A stretch of 41,219 nucleotides of DNA, taken from positions 1-41,219 of the forward strand of contig JACPAV010000029.1 of NCBI GenBank assembly GCA_016180645.1. The letters run 5' to 3'. The notes under the pieces are model-generated. The model ran no database searches and was not told where the DNA came from. It was given only the letters and a program-made list of their open reading frames with translations. The position numbers were made by a program, and so were the translations under genes. Shown here piece after piece: positions 1 through 8,760 of this stretch. Source of the DNA: Nitrospirota bacterium. Lineage in GTDB: Bacteria; JACPQY01. Positions within the stretch are counted from its first letter, which is position 1, and each line of letters opens with the position of its first letter.

Positions 1-1064
1 TCTCTGAAAGCGGCTGCCTTGTCAACCTATACGTTTCTCCTTTTTCTTCTTCCTCCCGGTCGTTTGAATCAGGGTCTCATCTATCTCTTCGCCGTCAAAG
101 CTCGACATGATTCAATTCGAATCCACTGAGGTCCCAATTACGCGTGCGGCCTTCTACGAGGCCAGTAGGGGAGCGGAACTCTCCTTGGAACTAACCCCCT
201 GATCCAACATGTCTCGCGGATGAAAAGCTTGCCGCTTCTTCCACACCCAGTAGACCGCCTCCACCATCCGGTGCGCCACCGCCCCCTTGGCCACGTTGCC
301 TCCCTTAGCCGCCTTCACCCGCTCATACACCAGGCTCCAAGGCTTATGAGAGGTCTTGGCGGGGATCGCGTCCTCCATGAAGATGTGCCGAAGATACGCA
401 TTTCCCTGTTTGGTCATCCGACCGTACCGATACTTCTCCGGCCCGCCCGTCCCATGCACACTCGGACAAATCCCGCAGTACGACACCAGCTTGCCGGGAC
501 GGGGAAATCGCTCCACGTCGTCGATCTCGTAGCGAATCAAGATCGCACTCCACCATCCGATCCCGGGGATGGTCTGGAGAAGCGTGGCGATCGTGTCCTC
601 CTTCGCCCTCTTCTTTGCCCTCGCCTCAATCTCCACCATCAGCTCATTCAACACGGCGACCACCTTGAGGGCCCTCTCGATCACCCCCCGGTATCCCTCG
701 GAGAAAAGAGAAAGCCTTTCCTCCAACCCTTTTCGGCCCGAGACCCCAAACAAGTCCGATCCCTCGAAGATCATCCCGTGCTTGCCCAACCCGTCAAGAA
801 AATCACTCATCGCCTCCCACCCCCAGCAGGCCTCCATCGCCACCGTCGAACATCCTCCAAGGGCCTGGCTCATCTCAATCAAACCCTCGAACGTGTGCTT
901 GAACGATCGGTTCAGAATCTCCTCTCCTTCTTGACTCATCACGCAAACCTGCGAAAATCTCTTGTGCAGGTCAAGACCTGCAACGTTTCCGTTTTGCATC
1001 GCTGCCTCCTTTCAAAGTGGGACCATACAATTACGCATCATGACCAACACAAACCTTTCAAAGA
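1..1064 (-). mobile_element. IS110-family (IS1111-like) insertion sequence, probably non-autonomous
   Basis: IS110-type recombinase ORF. Imperfect 10-bp inverted repeats TCTCTGAAAG (1-10) / CTTTCAAAGA (1055-1064). Short upstream end and ~150-nt downstream non-coding end. Outward-facing TTGACA (minus strand, 20-25). The exact right end may lie just outside the window. Confidence 0.75.
154..999 (-). pseudogene. IS110-family transposase/recombinase with in-frame internal deletion
   Basis: N-terminal GLDLHK and VAMEA motifs; C-terminal TIPGIG...RF....KLVSYCG.CP, GRMTKQGNAYLR and AVAHRM motifs. The KTDxxDA segment is missing (FLDGLG joined directly to KHGMIFEGSDLFG); only 281 aa. AGGAGG RBS upstream. 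Confidence 0.85.
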
Positions 1065-1109
1065 ATGGCAAAAGTCGAGCTAAGTCGGAGGGTGCCCCGA
1101 ACCCTACGG

Positions 1110-1700
1110 TCAGCCGGCCAAATACTTGATCAGAAGAAAACCGCCGACGAGGAGGACCGTGAAGACGATGGTGAGCAAGTTGAGGTACTTGTCGATGAAC
1201 GACTTGATCGGAGGCCCGAACTTGTAAATCAACGCCCCGACGAGGAAGAACCGCGCGGGGCGGCCGACAGCGGAGGCCGCAAGGAGCACCCAGAGCGGCA
1301 CGTAGGCATGATAGACGCCCGCGGCCACGGTGAAGACCTTGTAAGGAATGGGAGTGAACGCCGCAATGAAAATCCACCAGAAGGCCTGTGCTCGGTAGTA
1401 GCCGCCGACCTGTTCAAAGGTGGCCTGGAGGTGGTAGAAATCGATGATCCGCCTTCCCACCGTTTCGAAAAGGAAATACCCGATGAAATAGCCTGCGATT
1501 CCGCCGAGCACCGAGCCGGCGGAACTGATCGAGGCGTAGATGAACGAGCGCCGCGGTTTGCTGAGCCCGAGAGCGATCTGAAGCACGTCCGGCGGAATGG
1601 GGAAGAAACTGGATTCGGCGACGGCGATCAGAAAAAGAGCCCACGATCCCGCGGGATGCTCGGCCCAGGAAAGGACCCACCGGTAGAGTTTGAAGAGAAT
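1110..1700 (-). CDS. yqaA: YqaA/VTT (DedA-like) membrane protein; start codon uncertain
   Basis: The frame extends upstream of the GTG at 1586 as LFKLYRWVLSWAEHPAGSWALFLIAVAESSFFPIPPDV; FTPIPYKVFT motif; lies downstream of surE-pcm as in the conserved operon. No ATG/GTG/TTG before the conserved N-terminus; ATT at 1700 or ATC at 1733 are candidates. Confidence 0.85.
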   Translation of the reverse strand: MLFKLYRWVLSWAEHPAGSWALFLIAVAESSFFPIPPDVLQIALGLSKPRRSFIYASISSAGSVLGGIAGYFIGYFLFETVGRRIIDFYHLQATFEQVGGYYRAQAFWWIFIAAFTPIPYKVFTVAAGVYHAYVPLWVLLAASAVGRPARFFLVGALIYKFGPPIKSFIDKYLNLLTIVFTVLLVGGFLLIKYLAG

Positions 1701-1739
1701 ACCCCGGTCGGTCGGGAGGGAAACGTTTTCGATAGGGGG

Positions 1740-1847
1740 CTAGGACTTCTTTTGGCGGGCGTATGTGCGGCCCACCCAGAGAGAGAATCCCCCCCAGACC
1801 AGAAGGAAGAAAAGAGTTACAATCAGGAGTCGCGTTGTTTGATCCAC
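1740..1847 (-). CDS. 35-aa single-TM peptide (MDQTTRLLIVTLFFLLVWGGFSLWVGRTYARQKKS)
   Basis: GTG immediately after the TAA of the upstream 67-aa ORF; hydrophobic helix plus basic tail; too short for the ORF track. Confidence 0.55.
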   Translation of the reverse strand: MDQTTRLLIVTLFFLLVWGGFSLWVGRTYARQKKS

Positions 1848-2051
1848 TTACCTGAGTTTATCGTCTTCCAGATCTTTGGTCAACCAGAAGCCCAGGAGGA
1901 GCGCGGCAATTCCGAAACTCACGCCGAGGAAATCTCTCAAGGGTAGGCCTTCACCGAAGACCCAATCCGCCGCAAAGGCTGAGGTGATGCCGAGTCCCGC
2001 AATCTTAGAGACCTCCACGACGTATTCGAGCTGCTTCTGGGAAATTGTCAC
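1848..2051 (-). CDS. 67-aa two-TM hypothetical membrane protein
   Basis: Starts 1 nt after the pcm stop; two hydrophobic stretches. Confidence 0.6.
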   Translation of the reverse strand: MTISQKQLEYVVEVSKIAGLGITSAFAADWVFGEGLPLRDFLGVSFGIAALLLGFWLTKDLEDDKLR

Positions 2052-2052
2052 G

Positions 2053-2709
2053 TCACATTTTCCATCCGTGTTCTCCGATCAGTCTTACGAAACGGCAGCC
2101 GCCGAGATCTTCCTGGCCGGTCCCGCCGTCCTCGATGCGTTGCACGAGCGTGAGTCTCTGTTCGTGGTCGTCGCCGAGGGGTAGGATCATTTTCCCGCCT
2201 CGATTGATCTGCTCGACGAGGGGCGGAGGGACCACCGGGCTTGAGGCGGACACGATGATGGCATCGAACGGCCCCTCCGTTCGCCACCCATGCGTGCCGT
2301 CGCCGGCCCGGATCGCGATGTTCGTGTAGCCGAGTTCCTCCAGCCGTTTTCGGGCGCGAATCGCATGATCGTGAATCCGTTCGATGGAAAACACCTTTTC
2401 GCAGAGTTCGGCGAGGATGGCCGTCATGTAGCCCGATCCCGTGCCGATTTCCAGGACTTTCTCCTTGCCCGCGAGTTGGAGCGCTTCCACCATCGCGGCC
2501 ACGATGAAGGGCTGAGAGATGGTCTGGCCTTCCCCGATCGGGAGCGGCTTGTCGTCGTACGCGTCCATCTGGAGGCCCTCCGGAACGAAACGGTGGCGTT
2601 GAACTCGCATGAAGGCGGCGAGTACGCGGGGATCTCGGATGCCCCGGCCGACGAGCTGCTTGTCGATCATCTGTTTACGGAGCCGGGGGTAGTCCGAAAC
2701 GCGTTTCAT
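2053..2709 (-). CDS. pcm: Protein-L-isoaspartate O-methyltransferase
   Basis: GQTISQP, VLEIGTGSGY and PFDAIIV motifs; ATG at 2709 overlaps the surE stop. Confidence 0.95.
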   Translation of the reverse strand: MKRVSDYPRLRKQMIDKQLVGRGIRDPRVLAAFMRVQRHRFVPEGLQMDAYDDKPLPIGEGQTISQPFIVAAMVEALQLAGKEKVLEIGTGSGYMTAILAELCEKVFSIERIHDHAIRARKRLEELGYTNIAIRAGDGTHGWRTEGPFDAIIVSASSPVVPPPLVEQINRGGKMILPLGDDHEQRLTLVQRIEDGGTGQEDLGGCRFVRLIGEHGWKM

Positions 2710-3470
2710 TCCAGGTCCCACTTCTTGAGGCGCGGAATCAGTGCGTGGCAGGTCAGATCGAAATGGAGCGGGGTGACGGAAATGAAGCCGCGCCGGACGG
2801 CGTGGAAGTCCGTGCCCGGCAAATCCTTGAACTGGAGCTCCACTCCGCCTATCGAATAAAACCGGCTGGAGTTGCCGGAAGGAACGGCGGCGGGGGCCAC
2901 GGGGCGGACATCCAGCGGATACACACGTCGGCCCAGCTTTGTCCAACGGGCTCGATGAACCTCATCGGACGTGCCGCTCGGGGCATTGACATTGAAGAAG
3001 GTTCGCGGAGGGAACTTCTTGTTGGCCAGCCGCCGGGCGAATTTCACCGCGAACGCGGCCGCCGCCTCATAGCGTGGATTCATCCAATCGACGCAAGAGA
3101 CGGCGAAGCTCTTGGCGCCGCAAAGGGAGGCTTCCATGGCCGCGGCGACGGTCCCCGAGTAGCTGGTGTCCTCTCCCATATTGGCTCCGCGATTGATACC
3201 GGAGATGACCAAGTCCGGCTTTGGCTCCAGAATCTGTTTCAATGCGAGGTGGACGCAGTCCGTAGGTGTTCCTTCCACGACGAAGCGGTTCGGGGCAGGT
3301 TCATGAACCTCGATCGGTTTCATGATCGTGAGCGTGTGGCTCGTCGTGCTCCATTCTTTGGAGGGGGCGACGACGATGACGTCGAAGAACTCTTCCAAAG
3401 CCCGGGTCAGCAGTTGAATTCCCGGTGCTTCCGCGCCGTCGTCATTCGTCACCAAAACGCGAGGCTTCAT
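2706..3470 (-). CDS. surE: 5'/3'-nucleotidase SurE
   Basis: LVTNDDG, GTPTDCV, SGINRGANMG.D..YSGTVAAA and ISVTPL motifs. Confidence 0.95.
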   Translation of the reverse strand: MKPRVLVTNDDGAEAPGIQLLTRALEEFFDVIVVAPSKEWSTTSHTLTIMKPIEVHEPAPNRFVVEGTPTDCVHLALKQILEPKPDLVISGINRGANMGEDTSYSGTVAAAMEASLCGAKSFAVSCVDWMNPRYEAAAAFAVKFARRLANKKFPPRTFFNVNAPSGTSDEVHRARWTKLGRRVYPLDVRPVAPAAVPSGNSSRFYSIGGVELQFKDLPGTDFHAVRRGFISVTPLHFDLTCHALIPRLKKWDLE

Positions 3471-3533
3471 TTCAGAAAAGTTATAGCCCGAGTGCCCGAT
3501 GAATTCTACGACGGGAGGGGCGGCTCGGCGGGG

Positions 3534-4838
3534 TCAGAACAGGAGGACGTCGACTTCGTCGCCGATATCCTTCTTGTCGACGTCTTCCTCCAGCACGATC
3601 AGGGAATTCGCGCGCGCGAGGGCGTGGTGGTAGGCGGGTCCGGATTGGCCGGAGGGGATCGTGTAGAAAGCTCGGTTCTCCACCCAGGTGAAGGCGCGGA
3701 TGAACTTCGCCACGCCACGGGCATCGGCAATCGACTCCTGGAGCAGCGCGCCCACGGGCAGCCGGAACAGGTCTTTGGCTCCCAGCCACTGGAGGAGGGC
3801 GGGCCGCACGAAGACTTCGAAATCGGCGAGTGCACCGGCCGAGTCGCCGGGAAGAATGAAAACCGGCTTCTTGCGCAGGAAGCCGAACAGGAGCCCCTCG
3901 CCGGGCTTGGTGCGCGTCCCGCGAATGACCAACTCTCCGGACGAGTCCAGAAGCATCTGCAGCTCACCGGATTTGTGAAGCTCGGGCGCGCCGAGCACGA
4001 TGAGAAGATCGGATTTTTTCAGGCCGCCGGCGATCCGCTTGCGAATCGTCCGGATGGACGAACCGCACGTGCCGAGATAAATCGGCTCAATTCCCAGCTC
4101 CAAGAGCGACGTGATGACCAGGGGGCCCGAGGCGTTGTAAATTTTCCCCGGTCGGATTTTTTCGCCGGCATCGGCCCACTCTTCACCGAGGATAAGAACA
4201 CCGACGGTGGGAAGCGCGTTGACGCGGATCTTCTCGATGCCGACGGCCGCCGCGAGGCCGATCGATCGGGGATTCAGAAAACTGCCTTCCTTCACCATGA
4301 GGTCGCCTTTCTTGAGATCCGACCCTTCCACCATCAGATGATCGCCGGGATTGACTCGACGGAAGACCTGGAGCTTGGAGCCGTCCACCTTGCCGTTGTG
4401 TCGGGGGGAGGACGCGTTTTCGAGTGGGACCACCGCATTCGCGCCCTTGGGCAGCGGGCAACCCTTCCACACGCGAACCGTTTCCCGCGCGCGGAGCGTT
4501 TTCTTCGAAGCGCGACCCCGGCCCGGCTGGTCGATTATTTTCATGACGACGGCGGAATCGGACGCTGCTGTGGAGGTATCCTCCGCGCGGATGGCAAAGC
4601 CGTCGACTTGGGCCGAATCGAACAAAGGGAGAGCCGCGGGGGAGACGAGCGCCTCAGGCGTGACCCGGTCCAAGCAGTACGGCAATTCGAGGGCCTCGGT
4701 CTTCCGCGCCGGTTTGAGGCGCTTGAGAATGAGCGACTGCGCCGTGCGGTAGTCGACGATGAGATGCTTCTCTGGGGTCATGGCTTTTCCTTTCGGCCGG
4801 ATTATTTCTTTTCGGGTTCGGGGTCTGGAATCGGCCAC
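3534..4838 (-). CDS. moeA: MoeA/gephyrin-like molybdopterin molybdotransferase homolog with degenerate motifs
   Basis: LPLFDSAQVDGFAIRA, PLPKGANAVV, GSDLKKGD and LARANSLIV resemble MoeA, but many active-site motifs are altered. Alternative start at 4781. Confidence 0.85.
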   Translation of the reverse strand: MADSRPRTRKEIIRPKGKAMTPEKHLIVDYRTAQSLILKRLKPARKTEALELPYCLDRVTPEALVSPAALPLFDSAQVDGFAIRAEDTSTAASDSAVVMKIIDQPGRGRASKKTLRARETVRVWKGCPLPKGANAVVPLENASSPRHNGKVDGSKLQVFRRVNPGDHLMVEGSDLKKGDLMVKEGSFLNPRSIGLAAAVGIEKIRVNALPTVGVLILGEEWADAGEKIRPGKIYNASGPLVITSLLELGIEPIYLGTCGSSIRTIRKRIAGGLKKSDLLIVLGAPELHKSGELQMLLDSSGELVIRGTRTKPGEGLLFGFLRKKPVFILPGDSAGALADFEVFVRPALLQWLGAKDLFRLPVGALLQESIADARGVAKFIRAFTWVENRAFYTIPSGQSGPAYHHALARANSLIVLEEDVDKKDIGDEVDVLLF

Positions 4839-5608
4839 ATGTCACCCCAGTGGGCGTGCCCTCCATCGATGCACAGGGTGGCTCCTGTGTAGTAGTCGCC
4901 TGCGGGCGAGGCCAGATACGCCACCGCCCAGGCAACCTCTTCGGACGTTCCCAACCTTTTTATTGGAACGCGCCGCCACGAATCTTTGATAAGTTCGCTG
5001 GAGTACACTTCGAGTCCGCTGCTATCGATGATGCCAGGGGCCACGGAGTTGACGAGGATCTTGAACTGGGCCCATTCAACGGCAAGACTCTTGGTAAGAT
5101 TTACAACGGCGGCCCGGGCGGCTCCGGTGTGGGCAAGTGCTGGAAATCCCTTCCACATACAAGCGACGATATTGATGACCTTGCCGCCACCGTGGTCTAC
5201 CATCCACTTTTTCGCCACTGTTTGTGTCATGTACCATGTGCCGTTCAGGTTTGTGTTGATAACGGCGTTCCAACCCTTCGGTGAGTATGCGATTGCCGGC
5301 GAAGGGAATTGGCCGCCTGCATTGTTGACAAGTATATCGATCTTTCCGGCTTTTTCAAGTGCAAAATCGACAAGTGCCTCAACTTGGGGCACTTCGCGGA
5401 TGTCGCATATGAATGAATCTGCTGTTATTCCAATATCTTGTATTGATTTGAGCCCTTTTCTCAGCTTCTCGTCTTTCCGACCGCATATGATGATTCTCGC
5501 CCCCAAACTGCCCAGTTCTTTGGCAATGGCCAGTCCGATCCCCGATCCGCCTCCCGAAACCAAGGCGACCTTGTCCTTCAGCAAGTCTTCTCGAAAGATT
5601 TTCGACAT
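4802..5608 (-). CDS. SDR oxidoreductase (peroxisomal trans-2-enoyl-CoA / 2,4-dienoyl-CoA reductase-like)
   Basis: SGGGSGIG, LVNNAGGQF, HTGAARAAV and SLAVEWA motifs. Confidence 0.9.
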   Translation of the reverse strand: MSKIFREDLLKDKVALVSGGGSGIGLAIAKELGSLGARIIICGRKDEKLRKGLKSIQDIGITADSFICDIREVPQVEALVDFALEKAGKIDILVNNAGGQFPSPAIAYSPKGWNAVINTNLNGTWYMTQTVAKKWMVDHGGGKVINIVACMWKGFPALAHTGAARAAVVNLTKSLAVEWAQFKILVNSVAPGIIDSSGLEVYSSELIKDSWRRVPIKRLGTSEEVAWAVAYLASPAGDYYTGATLCIDGGHAHWGDMWPIPDPEPEKK

Positions 5609-5690
5609 GGGGTTATAGGGGCACGAAGGATACTCGCATTTTCGGGAAATTCAAGAAAAAAAATATGGACAGGTGGTGTGGGGTCAACAG

Positions 5691-5757
5691 CATGTCACCC
5701 TGAATTTGATTCAGGGTCACCATGCTTGAGGTGCTGAAACGGGTTCAGCACGACATG
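5691..5757. repeat. CGTC/TGTC-type REP-like double hairpin
   Basis: CATGTC...GACATG termini enclose the hairpins ACCCTGAAT-ttg-ATTCAGGGT and GTGCTGAA-acggg-TTCAGCAC. Confidence 0.7.
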
Positions 5758-5774
5758 TGAAAACTTGGCAATCG

Positions 5775-7619
5775 CTACTGAGGGAGGAAAGTAGCCGCTC
5801 CGATGAGCGACGACAGATCGCCGAAGAAGGCCGCCATCGCTTTGTTCAGCGAGTAGTTCGACGCCGGAATGGCGCGACTGAGCGGAACGGGATTTTTTTC
5901 CGGGTCGGAACCGACGAACGCCTTGTCGGCGGTCGCGCATAGTTCAGATGTGATCGGGGCGAGATCCACGAAGAGCGATCCGTTCATCGTGGGATCCTGC
6001 CAGTACGCGTATGGCGTGGGAATCGGCGTGGAGATGAGCGTGGTGGCCAGCACGGTTCTCGCCGGCGTGATGCAGTCCTCCGCCAGCGGTTCAATCGGCG
6101 TTTTCAATCGTGCCGAGACCTCGGCATCCGGTGTGAAGAGTCCTGCCGCCGCACCATAGATCTGCGAACTGAAGTGCCCGCCCGGTTTGCAGGTGTGGCA
6201 GTAGACTTCCGCATCATTGGAGTCGACTTCCTGGCGGATGGCTTTCTTGTCCGCGTTGGCGGGAAGTTCGCCCTCGATGAGGAAGATCGGATGCGGGTCG
6301 CCCAAAGCCGTTCCCTCGCCGCCGGGAGGATTGTATGCGCCCCAGACGGGCCCCATCTCGCGCAGAGGTTTCGAGGTGGAGCGATTGCCGGTGAAAAGCT
6401 TGGAGAGGTCGACCGCCATTGTACTCGGGAACGGCGAGAGACCGAGGGGGACGATCGAGTTGAGTTCGGCCAGGTTGAGGAGGTTGGTGGAGCCCTGGAT
6501 GCTCTCGCGAACGCGACGGATCACGCGAATGGCGTTTCCGGGAATAGGGTCGCCCAAGATGGTGAGCAGCAGGCCGGCGGTGCTACCGAAATCCCCGCGT
6601 GAAAGTTCGGCCGGGTAGTTCGTGATTTTCGTGCCGAGGATTTCGAGCGGCGGCTCTGCGCGGACAATGCCGACCCATATCTCATCCCCAAAATCGAGCT
6701 TGCGGTTGCCGTTCTTGTCGACGTAGCCGAGTACGTCGTCCCTCGCGTCCGCGCCCTCGGCTCCGGAGAGAAATTCTTCCAGCCCGGAGGCCAGCAGATC
6801 GAGTCCGCCGGTGAGGAGTCCGGGGGCCTCCACGAGGTGGCCCGCGCGGGAGGCGCTGAATCCGAGGAAAGTTTTCGAGGTGGTCATGACGAGCCCGAGG
6901 TAACGCACCACGCCGATGAGATCGGTTTGCGGAATGATATCCAGCGTGTCCTGGAGCGCGTACAGATCCGTCGTGATGTCGTGAGCCGAGATGAAAGCAA
7001 CCATTCCCTGCATCAGGCGCAATGTTCCGCCGAGCAGCTTGGCATAGGCCGGCGTGAAGTCCGTGCCGATCCAGGCGGTGGATTCGAGTCCGGTGGCGAT
7101 CGGGACCCCTTCCGGGCCGGTGAGGTAGTGGCATCCCCCCTTCGCCGCGGTTTCGAGGGCGGAGGCCGCAGGATCGATGTATTCGGAGAAGAAGGGATCG
7201 ATCATGTTGTTGATGATCGCGTCGGGATTGCCGCGTTCCGATACCGGAGGGCCGCTCGACCGGCGTGAGACTGCGTGGGAAGAGACCTTTGCGCGGGATG
7301 GTAAAGCCGCAGGCGGCATCATCCCCGTGATCGGCTCCGTCAGCCCTCCCAGATCGGTGATCGACGTGAAAATGTCCGACCCGAATCCGTGGAGCACCGC
7401 CAGCCCGAAACCGTACTCGGCGATGCAGCGCCCCTCATCCGTGGAGGCCGTGAGCCGGGCCTGATCGAACTCGACGACAGCGGGGCGGTAGTATCCCTTC
7501 TTCAGGAATTCCTGCGCCTTGACCAGATGGTCCGTCGCCGGTTCCGACGTGCAGGCACAGGCCAGGAGCAGCCCAACTATAGAGGCTAAGCCTCTATAGT
7601 GACTTCCGGTATCCGTCAT
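5775..7619 (-). CDS. Large hypothetical lipoprotein
   Basis: Long ORF; lipobox-like LLLACACTS; helical, TPR-like N-terminus; ATG overlaps the upstream stop. Confidence 0.8.
   Translation of the reverse strand: MTDTGSHYRGLASIVGLLLACACTSEPATDHLVKAQEFLKKGYYRPAVVEFDQARLTASTDEGRCIAEYGFGLAVLHGFGSDIFTSITDLGGLTEPITGMMPPAALPSRAKVSSHAVSRRSSGPPVSERGNPDAIINNMIDPFFSEYIDPAASALETAAKGGCHYLTGPEGVPIATGLESTAWIGTDFTPAYAKLLGGTLRLMQGMVAFISAHDITTDLYALQDTLDIIPQTDLIGVVRYLGLVMTTSKTFLGFSASRAGHLVEAPGLLTGGLDLLASGLEEFLSGAEGADARDDVLGYVDKNGNRKLDFGDEIWVGIVRAEPPLEILGTKITNYPAELSRGDFGSTAGLLLTILGDPIPGNAIRVIRRVRESIQGSTNLLNLAELNSIVPLGLSPFPSTMAVDLSKLFTGNRSTSKPLREMGPVWGAYNPPGGEGTALGDPHPIFLIEGELPANADKKAIRQEVDSNDAEVYCHTCKPGGHFSSQIYGAAAGLFTPDAEVSARLKTPIEPLAEDCITPARTVLATTLISTPIPTPYAYWQDPTMNGSLFVDLAPITSELCATADKAFVGSDPEKNPVPLSRAIPASNYSLNKAMAAFFGDLSSLIGAATFLPQ
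7576..7600. repeat. 25-bp perfect palindrome ACTATAGAGGCT-A-AGCCTCTATAGT
   Basis: 12-bp arms; related copies at 37102-37162. Confidence 0.8.
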
Positions 7620-8569
7620 TTCTTGCCACTCCATTTATCGAGTGTGCGATCCATGGCTTCCACAGCCTTCTTGGTCCACTCCGTGTTGAAAACCACGTCG
7701 AAGGCGTGTGTCGCCCCTTCGATCAGCAGCAGCTCGCTGCTCACGCCAGCCGCCGTCAGCGCCTCGTGCATCCGGATCGATTGCCCGTGCGGAAGCAAGT
7801 CGGCTTTCCCGTGAATCAGGAGGAACGGCGGGGAATCGGCGGAAACATAGGTGACCGGAGAAACCCGGGCCAGATCCTCGCGCGTAGGATTCGGGCCGAG
7901 GAACGCCTCCGCCATGCCTTTCACCGTGGCGACTTGATCCACGAAAAGATTGAAATCGAACACTCCGTAGAAGGGAATAGCGCCGGCGACGGCGAGGTCC
8001 TCATTGGGGAAGCTTGAGCATGCAGGATCGAAGCGGGATTCTTTGGCGGTGACGGCGACCATTCCCGTGAGGTGTCCGCCCGCGCTTCCGCCGGTGACGT
8101 AAAACTTTTTCTTGTCCAGCCCGAGCTGGGGGGACATTCCCTTGAGCCACCGGATCGCGCATTTGCAGTCCTGTTCGAGTCCCGGCGACTTGTTTATTGG
8201 GGCGAGTTCGTAATCGATGTCGAACATGGCGTAGTCGCGGCAAGCGAGGTGTTCCCCGAATGACACGGCGTTGAGCATCCGACGGCTCCCCGCGACCCAT
8301 CCGCCTCCATGAATGAAGAGAACGATGGGGTGCGGTCCCGCGCCCTCCGGAAGGTAGAGATCGCCTTTCAACCCCTTCTCGGGATGGAAGACGACATTCA
8401 GAACGCGGCGAAACGATTTCCCCGGCGGATCGTATTTCCTTTGGGAGAACACATCCACGCAGGGGATTAGGTCACCGGATGTCTCTGAGATTGCAGTTTC
8501 CGCGAGAGATGCTTCAGCGGACAGGAAGAGAGTCAGCACTGTCGCGGGGATGACGCGCCAAGCACGCAT
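7616..8569 (-). CDS. Secreted alpha/beta hydrolase (esterase/lipase, HSL/BD-FAE-like)
   Basis: Signal peptide; IHGGGW, GGSAGG, PPFLLIHG..D and HAF motifs. Confidence 0.9.
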   Translation of the reverse strand: MRAWRVIPATVLTLFLSAEASLAETAISETSGDLIPCVDVFSQRKYDPPGKSFRRVLNVVFHPEKGLKGDLYLPEGAGPHPIVLFIHGGGWVAGSRRMLNAVSFGEHLACRDYAMFDIDYELAPINKSPGLEQDCKCAIRWLKGMSPQLGLDKKKFYVTGGSAGGHLTGMVAVTAKESRFDPACSSFPNEDLAVAGAIPFYGVFDFNLFVDQVATVKGMAEAFLGPNPTREDLARVSPVTYVSADSPPFLLIHGKADLLPHGQSIRMHEALTAAGVSSELLLIEGATHAFDVVFNTEWTKKAVEAMDRTLDKWSGKK

Positions 8570-8610
8570 TCGTTCTATCTATCGTTTTTCACGCCTGACG
8601 GCAACCGAAG

Positions 8611-8760
8611 CTACTCCACCCGCCGCCGGATCGCTTCGAGGACGAAAGATCGGTGCATGATCCCTAGGACCCTCACTTCGTTGCCCACAACCCGGTACAC
8701 TATTCTGTAGTCTCCAACTCGGAGTCTTCGGTGCCCCATCAGACTTCCCCAATGCTTCTC
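8611..8760 (-). pseudogene. C-terminal remnant of a RelE/ParE-family toxin
   Basis: GSLMGHRRLRVGDYRIVYRV...VRVLGIMHR motif; the N-terminal half is absent and no antitoxin is seen. Confidence 0.65.

Noticed and set aside
220..1946. Plus-strand ORFs of 287 and 293 aa
   Set aside because: Antisense to the transposase and yqaA; no recognisable motifs.
2745..4892. 715-aa plus-strand ORF
   Set aside because: Antisense shadow of surE/moeA in GC-rich DNA; no recognisable motifs.
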